From NCBI GenBank assembly GCA_963706575.1, contig CAVPNL010000005.1:128001-192000 (forward strand): 64,000 nt of DNA, given 5' to 3'. The stretch is from an uncultured delta proteobacterium. Its GTDB lineage: Bacteria; Desulfobacterota; Desulfobacteria; Desulfobacterales; JAHEIW01. This document shows positions 8,752 through 19,474 of this stretch, piece by piece. Both the position numbers and the translations under genes were made by a program. Position 1 is the first letter of the stretch; every line of letters starts with the position of its first letter. Under the pieces are notes generated by a model, which worked only from the letters and a program-made list of their open reading frames with translations, had not been told where the DNA came from and did not search any database.

Positions 8752-10155
8752 TTACAGGGATTTAAATTCTTCTTTTTTGATCCCGTATTTATTCATCAGC
8801 TTGTTGAGCTGGCGGGTGCTGATCCCGGCCGCCTCAGCCGATTCACCAATCTTTCCTTTATGGTGGGCCAAAACATCTTTTAAATAGTTTCTTTCAACCT
8901 CTTCAATCCCGCGCTGCCGCGCCTGGGTCAATGTCAGGTCCTCACTTGATGGGATAAATACGGGGGTGGATTCGGATGCAAAGAGTTCGTTGGGAAAACT
9001 TTCCGGAGTTAGCACGTCTGAAGTTTCCAGTATATAAGCCCGTTCGATTAAATTTTCCAACTCCCGGATATTACCCGGCCAGGAATACCTGCTGAAGGCT
9101 CCCAGCACGTGGGGATGCGTTGAATGTATTTTTTTCAAAGAAAAATTATTCAGTTTTTTTAGAAAGGTCTCGATAAACAACGGGATGTCTTCAACTCGTT
9201 CGCTTAATGCCGGTATTTCGATGGGAAATACATTCAGTCGGTAGTAAAGATCTTTTCTAAATTGTCCCGCGTCGCACATCCTTTGCAGGTCGGCATTGGT
9301 GGCGGTTATTACCCGGACATCCGTTTTAAGGGTTTCTTCACCGCCCACGCGTTGAAAGGTTCCATCCTGCAGAACCTGCAATAATTTGATCTGGGCTGAA
9401 GGCGTAATCGTACCGATCTCATCCAAAAAAATGGTTCCGCCGTGGGCGATTTCAAACTTTCCTAATTTTCTTTTTATGGCTCCGGTGAAAGCGCCCTTTT
9501 CATGTCCGAACATCTCACTTTCAACCAGCGTGTCCGGAATTGCGCCGCAATGGACACAGATGAATTGAGCATCCCGACGGTTACTGTGTTGATGAATCAG
9601 TTTTGCCAGAACACTCTTACCGGTTCCCGTATCTCCCGCAAGCAATACCGTGCTTTTAGTTGGGGCAACGGAGCGGATTTTGTCGAATGTTTTTTTCATT
9701 GCAGCGTTTTTTGTCTGCACAAGCTCAAGCGCATCAACGTCCCAGAATTGATCTCGTAAATAATCAAGCTGCGATTGTATCATTATGGACTCTGCAATGC
9801 TATCAGCGACATGCGTTACTTCCTCTGGATCTGCAGGCAAGGGAAGATAGTCACTCGCACCGGCTTTCACTGCTTTTATGGCTTTGTGAATCTGATTATT
9901 AGGGGCCATAATGATTATTTTAATTGTTGAGTATATTTGCCAGAAAGGCTGCATGGCCTCTTTGTAGTTTTCATCAGGTACTTCTTCAATAAGGATGTCC
10001 AGGTCAATGAATATAAGGTCGTAGCGTCTTTTAGGTAGTAATTCCACTGTCTGGTGTTTGGTAGACGCACGATCCACACGATAACCCGATGGGAAGCAAG
10101 AACGTATGGTATGGAACAATTTTTGTTCGGAGGTGGTAACCAGAATAGATTTCAT
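8752..10155 (-). CDS. Sigma-54-dependent transcriptional activator (NtrC-family bEBP) with atypical receiver domain
   Basis: GDTGTGKS Walker [44 protein letters not shown]-terminal Fis-type HTH. Confidence 0.95.
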   Translation of the reverse strand: MKSILVTTSEQKLFHTIRSCFPSGYRVDRASTKHQTVELLPKRRYDLIFIDLDILIEEVPDENYKEAMQPFWQIYSTIKIIIMAPNNQIHKAIKAVKAGASDYLPLPADPEEVTHVADSIAESIMIQSQLDYLRDQFWDVDALELVQTKNAAMKKTFDKIRSVAPTKSTVLLAGDTGTGKSVLAKLIHQHSNRRDAQFICVHCGAIPDTLVESEMFGHEKGAFTGAIKRKLGKFEIAHGGTIFLDEIGTITPSAQIKLLQVLQDGTFQRVGGEETLKTDVRVITATNADLQRMCDAGQFRKDLYYRLNVFPIEIPALSERVEDIPLFIETFLKKLNNFSLKKIHSTHPHVLGAFSRYSWPGNIRELENLIERAYILETSDVLTPESFPNELFASESTPVFIPSSEDLTLTQARQRGIEEVERNYLKDVLAHHKGKIGESAEAAGISTRQLNKLMNKYGIKKEEFKSL

Positions 10156-10183
10156 ATTTTTCCTTGATTCCGAAAACGCTAAA

Positions 10184-10420
10184 TGAGCTAAAATTAAAGA
10201 TGATCTAAAATGTCTAAAATTAAGATTGCGCTCGCGCTGTGCCAGCGCTTACGCGGCGTGTACGCCAGGTGGGCGCTACATCTTTTATTATAAATAGGAA
10301 AGAATTCCTCAACTTTAGGCATTTTAGATCATTTTAGGCATTTTAGGCAATTCTAAATTTAGAGCACCGTGGAAACTTTTTTTCTCTGTCTTCCAAGGTC
10401 AACTGCTAATTTTGAGATAG
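10184..10420. repeat. Dispersed MITE-like repeat with (CTAAAATG)/(CATTTTAG) inverted arms, copy 1
   Basis: Both flanks align with 19266-19462; the centre differs between copies. Confidence 0.75.
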
Positions 10421-10675
10421 CTTTTAATATCTTTTAACGAAATGTCAACAAAATTAGATCATCAATCATTTCGGTCAATTTGATTGGGTGTTTTCAACCC
10501 GGGTGCTTTGCACCCGGATACACCCGCACCGATTAAGGCTCTGGCGTGCCTTTGCTTTTTCCCGCCTATGGCGGAAAAATCCAAGCCACCCGCTCTGCGG
10601 GTGGTCGGTGACCCAAACCTTTTTCAAGTTGGATACAAACTGCAATTTTTTAATAGAGCCTAACCGGATAAGAAG

Positions 10676-10822
10676 TGAATTATCGATTCTCAAGTTTTTA
10701 ATTTCGGAACCGGTACTTCTTAACTTAAATAATTTAGTAATTACAGCTTATTAGCGCTGGCGATGTGGCAATTAATCATATCAAAAAAAGCGATTTGACA
10801 AAAAATCGGAATATCAAGTTCC
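10676..10822. promoter_or_regulatory. Putative activator palindromes upstream of ptsP promoter
   Basis: 10676-10690 TGAATTATCGATTCT (degenerate), 10706-10720 GGAACCGGTACTTCT, 10808-10822 GGAATATCAAGTTCC. Confidence 0.7.
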
Positions 10823-10876
10823 GGTAGAATTTTGCTGTAATTAAGAATACGGTTAAATTTCAACAAGTTACGATTT

Positions 10877-10891
10877 TGGCATATTTGTTGC
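10877..10891 (+). promoter_or_regulatory. Sigma-54 promoter (-24/-12)
   Basis: TGGCAT-ATTTG-TTGC; IHF-like TTTCAACAAGTTA at 10858-10870. Confidence 0.85.
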
Positions 10892-11118
10892 CTTACTTAA
10901 GGGCCAGACATATTTGGCCATCTGGCGGTATCGTTATTTGAAGGCAGGGGTGCTGGAGATCAAAATCCCCAAGCCGGACAAACAAAAGCCGAAGCAGGTA
11001 GATATTAGGTAACTGTAAATCATATCTTATAACATTGACGGGCTGCTCCGAGATGAAAGTGGTTCCCTTTTACAGGGAACTATCTTTTTGAGATGGCTTC
11101 CAAATAGAAAATTTTGAG

Positions 11119-13410
11119 ATGAAACAAAAAGACCGCCGCCACCTTCATCTGTTGTGTGATATCAGTGAACTTATCGCTTTATTGACTGCAAGCGAAGATA
11201 TTGAAAATTTTTTGCAGCGCACAGTAGAGATGATCGCCCGTCACATGGACGCTGATGTATGCTCAATTTATTTATATGATGAAATATCCACCGATCTGGT
11301 GCTGAACGCCACCATCGGATTAAATCCAGCCGCCATCGGCAATGTCCGCATGAAGATCGGCGATGGTCTGGTCGGAACCACTCTGGCCAAACGGGAGCCG
11401 CTAAACGAAGGATGTGCCAGGCGTCATCCCGGGTTTAAATATTTCAAAGAGGCCCACGAAGATCCTTTTGATTCTTTTCTGGCTGTACCCATTCTCAGAG
11501 GTGATGAAAAAATTGGTGTCCTGGTTGTTCAGCATAAGGAACGCGATTACTTCTGTGATGTTGATATTCGAGTCATGCGGGGGATCGCCTCCCAGCTTGC
11601 CGGTGCCATCGGCAACGCACGCCTGTTGATCGAAAGCAATCTGCAAAAAAAAGGTCAGGCTCACGATTACCGTGTGGTTGAACCCTTAAGATTAATTAAG
11701 GGGAAAATGGCTGCTGGAGGACATGCTTTTGCGCCGGCTTTTGTTTTCGAGAAAAGCCACGCAGGACTGCTTGATGCGCATCAAGATGAATGCGATGAGA
11801 AATCTCACAGCCTGACTGATTTTCAAAGGGCGATTCAGGCAACAGCCGAACAGCTTAAAGAATACCAGGAACGATTTGCCCGGCGCCTGCCTGAAAGTGC
11901 CTCGTTGATTTTTTCGGCCCATCTCATGATCCTCAAGGATGTTCGATTTATGCGTGAGATGGAAAAGAGAATATCGGAAGGCGCGCCGCCTGCCACCGCG
12001 ATACGGGCGGTTGCTGGGCATTACATGGAACTTTTTTCTTCCAGTTCCCATGCCCATATCAGGGAAAAAGCCAATGATGTTCAGGATCTTGCCGGTCGAA
12101 TCCTGAAGAATCTGGAACACAAAGATGAGATAGATCCAACTTTAAGAAGAGATCGGATCGTGATTGCCCGGGGGCTTTATCCTTCCGATGTCTTGCGGCT
12201 TGCTTCTGAAGATGTTAAAGGTATAATTCTGGTGGGCGGCGGAGTCACTTCCCATGTGGCCATCCTGGCACATTCGCTGCAGATCCCTCTGATGATTGCC
12301 GACGAGCCGCAATTGCTGGGTCTTGCTGAAGACACACCCGTAATTATGGACGCGGAAAACGGCAGTATCTATGTAAAACCATCTGAGGAAGTTGTCAGTG
12401 AATATCAATCAGGAGAGAAGACGCTATTAGCACAAGAAATTTCATCCCAGGAGGTATCCCCGGAGACGTACAGCCGGGACGGGAGTCGAATTCGACTCCT
12501 TGCCAACATCAGTCTTTTGCGCGACCTCAAATTTGCCCGTGAGTTGAAAGCCGAGGGGATTGGGCTTTATCGCTCCGAGTTTCCGTTTCTGATTCGATCT
12601 GCAGTTCCTTCCGAGGAGGAGCAATTTTTTATCTATCAGCGGCTTTTTGATGAGATGCCTGGAAAAGATATTACCATTCGTACCTTGGATATCGGCGGTG
12701 ACAAGCTGCTGGCCTATCAAGATCTAAAAGGTGAAGCAAATCCGGAATTGGGATTAAGGGGCATTCGGTTCTCTTTACGCCACAGGGATATATTCCATCA
12801 ACAGTTACGAGCAATACTACAAGCTGCTACAAGCACAAAAAAATTGCGGATCATGTTTCCCTTGATTTCTTCTTTGGATGAATTTCAACAGGCCAGACAG
12901 GCAGTATACGACTGCATGCTGGCACTTGAAATCGAAAATCTGCCCCACCATCAACATCCATTAATTGGTGTATTGGTTGAATTGCCTTCAATTGTGGAAA
13001 CCATTGATGAATTTGCAGCTGAGGCCGATTTCCTATCGATCGGCACCAACGATTTTGTCCAATATATGCTGGCGGTTGACCGCACAAATGAAAAGGTCGT
13101 CGATTACTACCAACCCTATCATCCTGCGGTTTTAAGAAGCCTGGCAAAAATTGTGAAGGCGGCAAATAAACAAAATAAAGAAATATCTGTCTGCGGTGAA
13201 TTGGCACATGAAAAAGATTATATCCCGTTTTTGCTAGGGATCGGGGTTCGAATTTTGAGCGTCTATCCCAAATTTTTGCCGTCTGTTCAAAATATTATTT
13301 CAAGTTTAAAGATTTCAGAGGCCGAAGAATACGCCCAAAGACTTTTATCTGAGGCAACTATCCAGGCGGTGCATCGCGCAATTGATGAATCGAACCAGAA
13401 GCCATTTTGA
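11119..13410 (+). CDS. ptsP: GAF-domain phosphoenolpyruvate-protein phosphotransferase (EI-Ntr-like)
   Basis: N-terminal GAF; TSHVAI phospho-His; GIGLYRSEF, RTLDIGGDK, NPELGLRGIR, SIGTNDF, VCGE. Confidence 0.92.
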   Translation: MKQKDRRHLHLLCDISELIALLTASEDIENFLQRTVEMIARHMDADVCSIYLYDEISTDLVLNATIGLNPAAIGNVRMKIGDGLVGTTLAKREPLNEGCARRHPGFKYFKEAHEDPFDSFLAVPILRGDEKIGVLVVQHKERDYFCDVDIRVMRGIASQLAGAIGNARLLIESNLQKKGQAHDYRVVEPLRLIKGKMAAGGHAFAPAFVFEKSHAGLLDAHQDECDEKSHSLTDFQRAIQATAEQLKEYQERFARRLPESASLIFSAHLMILKDVRFMREMEKRISEGAPPATAIRAVAGHYMELFSSSSHAHIREKANDVQDLAGRILKNLEHKDEIDPTLRRDRIVIARGLYPSDVLRLASEDVKGIILVGGGVTSHVAILAHSLQIPLMIADEPQLLGLAEDTPVIMDAENGSIYVKPSEEVVSEYQSGEKTLLAQEISSQEVSPETYSRDGSRIRLLANISLLRDLKFARELKAEGIGLYRSEFPFLIRSAVPSEEEQFFIYQRLFDEMPGKDITIRTLDIGGDKLLAYQDLKGEANPELGLRGIRFSLRHRDIFHQQLRAILQAATSTKKLRIMFPLISSLDEFQQARQAVYDCMLALEIENLPHHQHPLIGVLVELPSIVETIDEFAAEADFLSIGTNDFVQYMLAVDRTNEKVVDYYQPYHPAVLRSLAKIVKAANKQNKEISVCGELAHEKDYIPFLLGIGVRILSVYPKFLPSVQNIISSLKISEAEEYAQRLLSEATIQAVHRAIDESNQKPF

Positions 13411-13512
13411 GATGGCTTCTAAAGATGCCTGGCGACATAAGCAAGAATAAAACCATTATTGGTTGAAGTAAAATTCGAGACCTAAACCGATAACTCAAGT
13501 TTAGAGGGAAAA

Positions 13513-14631
13513 ATGCACGATCAAAATAACGCGGTTGAAGATCGATCAGGAGGCGAAAGCAAGCATTACAATTTGATGGACGGAGCCACCGGCGAAGGCC
13601 TGAAGGTGATCAGGGAACTTGACGAGCAGCGCAAAATTTCAGCCGATTCCGACATGCCAATGGATGAGCGTCTGGAGGCCTATGAAGACATATTTGATTC
13701 TGAAGTTGGCGATACCTCGCTTGTGCGCGCCCGCAATATTGAAAGAGAAGTGGGTCTGCGCCAAATTTTCCTTAAATTCGAAGGCGGCAACCCGACCGGT
13801 ACGCAAAAGGATCGGATTGCGTTTGCCCAGGCCATGGATGCCCTGCGGCGGGGTTTTGATGCCATCACGATGGCGACATGTGGAAATTACGGCGTCGCAA
13901 TGGCGCTGGCCGCCTCCTTCGCCGGGCTGCAATGCCGGATTTGCATTCCCGAAAACTACCATACCAACCGGATAAAAGAAATGACCGAGCTCGGAGCAGA
14001 AATTGTTCGGGTTGCCGGGGATTATGAAAAAGCGGTAGCTGTTTCCCAGGAGTTGGCCCAGAAAAACGAGCTTTACGATGCCAACCCGGGTGGAGATAAT
14101 ACCGTTACCCAGTTGCGTGCTTATGGGCAAATTGCCCATGAGATTTACGATGAACTGCGGGACGCACCTCTGGCACTTGCAGTCCCGGTCTCAAACGGCA
14201 CCACGCTTTCCGGGATTTACAGGGGTTTCTTGAGCCTGTATCGGCGCGGCAAAACCTCTCGCATGCCGCGCATCATCGCCGGGTCTTCATTCCGTAAAAA
14301 CCCGATTGTGCAGGCATTTTTAAAGAATATGCGGACCTGTGAAGACCTTAATCCCGCGCAAATCAGGGAAACCAGCGTAAATGAACCGTTGATTAACTGG
14401 CATGCCATTGATGGAGATGTTGCCCTGGATGCGATCCGCCAAACCCATGGTTGGGCGGCCAATGCCTCGGATAAAGCGATGCTCTCCTATTCGAAATTAA
14501 TTCGTGAGAAAGAAGGTTTGCAGGTTTTGCCGGCCTCGACCGCCGGCTTGATCGCTTTGATGGAACAGCATCAAAAAGAGCCACTCGCAGGTGATCGTTA
14601 TGTCGTTATGTTAACAGGGAGGAAATCATGA
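13513..14631 (+). CDS. PLP-dependent enzyme, fold type II (threonine synthase-like)
   Basis: KFEGGNPTGTQKDR PLP-lysine motif, ATCGNYG, PVSNGTT. Confidence 0.85.
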   Translation: MHDQNNAVEDRSGGESKHYNLMDGATGEGLKVIRELDEQRKISADSDMPMDERLEAYEDIFDSEVGDTSLVRARNIEREVGLRQIFLKFEGGNPTGTQKDRIAFAQAMDALRRGFDAITMATCGNYGVAMALAASFAGLQCRICIPENYHTNRIKEMTELGAEIVRVAGDYEKAVAVSQELAQKNELYDANPGGDNTVTQLRAYGQIAHEIYDELRDAPLALAVPVSNGTTLSGIYRGFLSLYRRGKTSRMPRIIAGSSFRKNPIVQAFLKNMRTCEDLNPAQIRETSVNEPLINWHAIDGDVALDAIRQTHGWAANASDKAMLSYSKLIREKEGLQVLPASTAGLIALMEQHQKEPLAGDRYVVMLTGRKS

Positions 14632-15703
14632 ACCAACTGCCGGAGGGAAATGCCATCGTATATTGTGAGGGGGCCTTCAACACGCCTAACGGTAAAACGG
14701 CTCATGGTTTGGTCAGGTTCACGAACCGATATCGTCTACTTTCGGTTGTCGATTCGCGCTATGACGGCCGGGATGCCGGTGCTGTATTGGACGGTAAAGC
14801 AAACCGAATTCCGATTTTTGGTTCCCTCGAACAGGCCGTAAAGGAGGCCGACAGTCATACGCATCCGGCCACACACTTCGTTGTCGGCCTGGCCCCGGAC
14901 GGCGGCCGCCTGACTTCAAAAGCGCGGCAGGATGCCAAAAATGCCGTCTCATTTGGCTTGAACGTGGATTGCGGTCTGCACGATTATCTCTCGGAAGATC
15001 GCGGAAATGAAGAAGCTTGCTGCTCAATATGATGTTAAAATTCGAGATATTCGAAAACCGCCGCGAATCCAAAAACTTCATTTTTTCAGCGGTAAAATCG
15101 AGGAGGTCAAGGCCCTGAAGATCGCTGTGCTGGGAACCGATTCGGCGATCGGTAAACGCACAACGGCCTGGTTGATCGTCAACGGCTTCAAGGAACTGGG
15201 GCTGGAGCGCGGAGATGATCGGCACCGGTCAGACCGCCTGGATGCAGGGAGTCAAATACGGGATTATCATGGACTCTCTGGTGAACGATTTTGTTGCCGG
15301 TGAAATTGAGCATGCGGTGTGGAGCGCCTGGAAAGAAGAAAAACCGGATATCATCGTCATTGAGGGGCAGGGCAGTTTAATGAATCCGGCTTATCCCGGC
15401 GGCTTTGAAATCCTGGCTGCCGGTCGGCCCGATATCATTATACTTCAACACGCGCCCGCACGGCTTGAATATGACGGGTTTCCCGGCTATGCGATCCAGC
15501 CCCTGACCCAGCAAATTCAGGTGATCGAAATGCTATCTGGAAAGCCGGTGGTGGCGGTTACCATCAACCACGAGGGCCTGTCCTTTGATCAAATTCCGTC
15601 GATTTGCGATGCGATCCAAAAAGAAGTCGGTCTGCCGGCTTTTGATGTTCTCAAGGATGGGGCCGGTGCTATTATAAAAATTTTAGAATCGTATCTTAAT
15701 TAA
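14628..15703 (+). pseudogene. DUF1611 / DgcN-like protein split by two +1 frameshifts (probably sequencing errors)
   Basis: GKTAHGLVRF, GLHDYL, GTDSAIGKRTT, GTGQTAWMQG, IEGQGSL in three successive frames; extra bases near 15000 and 15205. Confidence 0.85.
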
Positions 15704-15721
15704 ATTATAGAAAGAAACGTC

Positions 15722-18121
15722 ATGGCTTCAAAACAAACGCAACCGAAACCCAACCGGAAATCAGCTTCCGGAAAAAAAGCGCACGACGCGCTTTCAGCGC
15801 TGCAGGTCTTTGACCGGCTGGAAATTGGTCCGGTTAAATATGAACCCAGAAGGCTGATGGCGCCTTATCGCCTTTTTTGGAACGGACGCGAAGATCGAAC
15901 CGAACTGATTTACAGCTATGAGGAAACGGTATTTGATCCTGCGGAGCTGGAATCGCGGAATTTAGCGGATATGATTGCCGCCCAGGTGGCCCTCAATTAC
16001 GGGTTGTTTTGTCGATCCATCGTTTTCCACGGGACCTTCGACGAGCTCGATCGCCGCTTCATCCAGGATATGGCCGAAAACACCGCCCGGGAAATTTATG
16101 TTAAAAAATTTCTTGAGCCCAACCCCTTTTTGAGCGGTGCGATCAGGCAGTTGCCGGCGGTGAAAATGCAAAAATATCTACGCGCCACCTTGGAATTTCC
16201 GGAAACCCCGGCGCTGAAATCCAAATCAAAGTGGCAGCTGTGGTCTTCTGATAAACATCGACATTGTATCCTGTCCAGCGGCGGCAAAGACAGCCTCTTG
16301 AGCTACGGGTTGGTCAATGAAATCGGTCGCGAAGTCCATCCGATTTTTGTAAACGAGTCGGGGCGGCACTGGTTTACAGCTCTGAACGCTTACCGGTATT
16401 TTAAAGATAACATTCCCAACACGGCCAGGGTGTGGGTCAATTCCGATCGGCTGTTTGCCTGGATGCTTCAGCGCATACCGTTTATCCGCAAGGATTTTGC
16501 CCATATCCGCTCCGATGAATATCCGATACGGCTGTGGACCGTGGCGGTTTTTCTATTCGGCGTTTTACCACTTCTACGCAAACGCGGTATCAGCCGTCTG
16601 CTGATCGGCGATGAATATGACACTACGGTGCGCAAGACGACCCACGGCATCTCGCATTATGACGGGCTCTATGATCAAAGCATTTATTTTGATCATGCGC
16701 TTTCGAGGTATTTTATGCGCAAGGGTTGGAATATCAGTCAGTTTTCCGTACTGAGACCGTTATCCGAGCTGCTCATCGAAAAGATACTGGTTGAGCGCTA
16801 TCCGGATCTTCAGCGTCAGCAGACCTCCTGTCACGCAACCCATAAGGAGGGTGAGCGGGTGTACCCCTGCGGGCATTGTGAAAAGTGCCGCCGCATTATC
16901 GCAATGTTAAAAGCCATTGGTGCCGATCCGGTTCAATGCGGCTATTCTCCTTCTCAGATTCAGGATGGCCTTAAAAAATTGCCCCATAAGCGCGTTTCTC
17001 AGGAAGCAGCCGGCGTAAGGCATCTGTTTCTCATGCTGGCGCAAAAAGGGCTAATCAATCCAAAAGAACTGCCCCCAAAGGCCGCCAAAGAACATCCGGA
17101 AATTTTAAAATTACGATTCGATTCGAAGTCTTCTCCCATCAATGCGATACCGACCGATCTCCGTAAACCGCTTTTCCGAATTTTTCTCAAGTATGCCGGC
17201 GGAGCGGTGCTGCGCAGCGGGCGCAGCTGGAAAAAAGTGGATGTGCTCAAGGATCCGGCTGTTGATGCGACCTTTCCTTTTGAATTTGATCCCCTCTCAT
17301 CGGGAAACGAGGCCAATCACACCTTGAAACCATCCGGCGCGGGCAGTTACCTGTGGGGTGAGCTCACCTGGCGCCAGGCCAGAACGCGAATTAAAAATAT
17401 GGATGTTGTTTTGCTGCCGGTGGGTGCGGTCGAGCAGCACGGGCCGCATCTACCGCTGGATACCGATGCATTTGATGCCGATTATCTGGCGCGCAGGGTC
17501 GCGGAAGCCTGCAGCGATCCCAAACCGCTGGTGCTGCCCCCGATCGCTTATGGGGTGTCCTATCACCATGCTGATTTTACGGGAACGGTCAGCATCTCCA
17601 ATGATACGCTGGCCAAAATGATTTATGAAATCGGGATGAGTGCTGCGCGTAACGGTATCCGGAAGCTGGTGATTATCAACGGTCATGGCGGCAACAGCCC
17701 GGCACTGAATTATGCCGCCCAGATGATCAATCGCGATGCCCGCATTTTTGTCTGTGTCGACACCGGGGAGACCAGTGATGTGGATATCGACAAAATTGTA
17801 GAGACACCCAACGATGTGCATGCCGGTGAAATTGAAACCAGCACCTGCCTGGCAGTGCGCCCCCATCTGGTTAAGGTGGATCGGGCCAAAAAGCATATTC
17901 CGAAATTCTCCAGCAGATATCTGGACTTTACTTCCAAACGTGGCGTATTATGGTACGCTTACACCCGAAAAATTTCGCCCAGCGGTGTGATGGGCGACCC
18001 GACCAAAGCCAGTGCCGCTAAAGGGGAAAGGATATGGGAAATGATGATTGCTCACCTGGTGTCCCTGGTTGAGGATCTGAAGAACCTTACCCTTGAAGAA
18101 ATCCATCATCGGAATTACTGA
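15722..18121 (+). CDS. Fusion of PP-loop (QueC/MurL-like) adenylating domain and creatininase-family amidohydrolase
   Basis: SSGGKDS PP-loop, TSCH...CGHCEKC; C-terminal [38 protein letters not shown]. Confidence 0.85.
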   Translation: MASKQTQPKPNRKSASGKKAHDALSALQVFDRLEIGPVKYEPRRLMAPYRLFWNGREDRTELIYSYEETVFDPAELESRNLADMIAAQVALNYGLFCRSIVFHGTFDELDRRFIQDMAENTAREIYVKKFLEPNPFLSGAIRQLPAVKMQKYLRATLEFPETPALKSKSKWQLWSSDKHRHCILSSGGKDSLLSYGLVNEIGREVHPIFVNESGRHWFTALNAYRYFKDNIPNTARVWVNSDRLFAWMLQRIPFIRKDFAHIRSDEYPIRLWTVAVFLFGVLPLLRKRGISRLLIGDEYDTTVRKTTHGISHYDGLYDQSIYFDHALSRYFMRKGWNISQFSVLRPLSELLIEKILVERYPDLQRQQTSCHATHKEGERVYPCGHCEKCRRIIAMLKAIGADPVQCGYSPSQIQDGLKKLPHKRVSQEAAGVRHLFLMLAQKGLINPKELPPKAAKEHPEILKLRFDSKSSPINAIPTDLRKPLFRIFLKYAGGAVLRSGRSWKKVDVLKDPAVDATFPFEFDPLSSGNEANHTLKPSGAGSYLWGELTWRQARTRIKNMDVVLLPVGAVEQHGPHLPLDTDAFDADYLARRVAEACSDPKPLVLPPIAYGVSYHHADFTGTVSISNDTLAKMIYEIGMSAARNGIRKLVIINGHGGNSPALNYAAQMINRDARIFVCVDTGETSDVDIDKIVETPNDVHAGEIETSTCLAVRPHLVKVDRAKKHIPKFSSRYLDFTSKRGVLWYAYTRKISPSGVMGDPTKASAAKGERIWEMMIAHLVSLVEDLKNLTLEEIHHRNY

Positions 18122-18123
18122 TA

Positions 18124-19191
18124 ATGAAAATTACCCGTCTGGAAATCTGGCCGGTCGAAATGCGATTGGCTGAACCCTATACCATTGCCTATGAACGGAT
18201 TGAGGCGACCACCAACATTTTTTTGCGCCTCGAAACCAATACCGGCATCGTCGGATATGGTTGTGCCGCACCGGATAAGCAAGTTACCGGTGAAACCCCC
18301 GAGACCGTCATAAAAGTTTGCCAAGAAGTGATTAAACCGGTATTAAACCTGTCGGATCCCCTGCGGCTTGCTTTGATTACCGAAAAGCTATCTTCGATAT
18401 TAGCCGCAAATCCATCTGCAGTGGCCATGGTGGATATGGCGCTGCATGATATCCTGGGCAAAGTCTGCGGACTGCCAATTTATAAGCTGCTAGGCGGCTT
18501 TCGCACGCGCATAAAGACCAGTGTCACTATCGGCATAAATCCTCTATCTGAAACGATTGCCAGAGCCAGAGAATGGATCAAGCAAGGATTCAGATCCCTG
18601 AAAATCAAAGGCGGGCGAAATGTTGATGAGGACATAGAGACGGTCTTAAAGCTGCGTGAAAAAGTGGGCAATAAGATCGAGCTGCGCTTTGATGCCAACC
18701 AGGGATATACAGAGGAAGAGGCACTGCGCTTTGTTAGCGCAACGCGTTCGGCCAGACTCGAATTGATCGAACAGCCGACAAACAAGGCGGATTTTGACCT
18801 TCTGGGGAAAATTACCAATGTCGTGCCGATACCGGTGATGGCTGATGAGAGTATCATGAATCTGCGAGATGTTTTTCGACTGGCCCGCAAAGATCTGGTG
18901 GACATGGTCAACATCAAATTGATGAAGGTCGGCGGGATTGCCGAAGCCACGCGGATAAATGCGGTGGCCCGCGCCGCCAGCCTCGAGGTGATGGTCGGAT
19001 GCATGGACGAATCGGCGTTGGGCATCGCGGCCGGTCTGCACTTTGCCCTGGCGCGGCCCAATGTGATTTATGCGGATTTGGACGGCCATCTGGATCTATT
19101 GGATGATCCAGCCCGAGGAGCGGTTATTTTAAAAAAAGGAATTCTTTATCCAACATCAAAGCCCGGTCTGGGAGTTGAATTAAAGTACTAA
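18124..19191 (+). CDS. Enolase-superfamily dipeptide epimerase / N-acyl amino acid racemase (L-Ala-D/L-Glu epimerase, DgcA-like)
   Basis: [35 protein letters not shown] motifs. Confidence 0.9.
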   Translation: MKITRLEIWPVEMRLAEPYTIAYERIEATTNIFLRLETNTGIVGYGCAAPDKQVTGETPETVIKVCQEVIKPVLNLSDPLRLALITEKLSSILAANPSAVAMVDMALHDILGKVCGLPIYKLLGGFRTRIKTSVTIGINPLSETIARAREWIKQGFRSLKIKGGRNVDEDIETVLKLREKVGNKIELRFDANQGYTEEEALRFVSATRSARLELIEQPTNKADFDLLGKITNVVPIPVMADESIMNLRDVFRLARKDLVDMVNIKLMKVGGIAEATRINAVARAASLEVMVGCMDESALGIAAGLHFALARPNVIYADLDGHLDLLDDPARGAVILKKGILYPTSKPGLGVELKY

Positions 19192-19466
19192 GAACCTATC
19201 TCCAAAATGCATTTAACACCCAATCGTAAAGCTTTAAACCGATAAAAAGTGTGTATAATAATAAGTGAGCTAAAATTAAAAATGATCTAAAATGCCTAAA
19301 ATTGATGAGTTCAATCATATTTATAATAAAAGATGGAGCGCGAGCGAAACCTTAACTTTAGGCATTTTAGCTCATTTTAGGCATTTTAGGCACTTCTAAC
19401 TTTAGAATACCTTTGGAACTTTTTTTCTCTGTTTTTGAAGATTAACCGCTATTTTTAAGATAACTT
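19191..19466. repeat. Dispersed MITE-like repeat, copy 2
   Basis: 19266-19462 aligns with 10184-10420; left end AGAACCTATCTCCAAAAT resembles TIR of 31515-31714. Confidence 0.7.
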
Positions 19467-19474
19467 AAAGTGAA

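Noticed and set aside
10184..10350. CATTTTAG-type tandem units as a CRISPR array
   Set aside because: Units are about 10 bp with no unique spacers and no cas genes; they belong to a dispersed repeat
10892..11118. c-di-AMP (ydaO) riboswitch in the ptsP leader
   Set aside because: I could not find the conserved ydaO sequence blocks by eye; an Infernal scan would be decisive
14990..15220. Programmed ribosomal frameshifting in the DUF1611 gene
   Set aside because: No slippery heptamer or stimulatory structure; the same +1 pattern occurs in four unrelated genes
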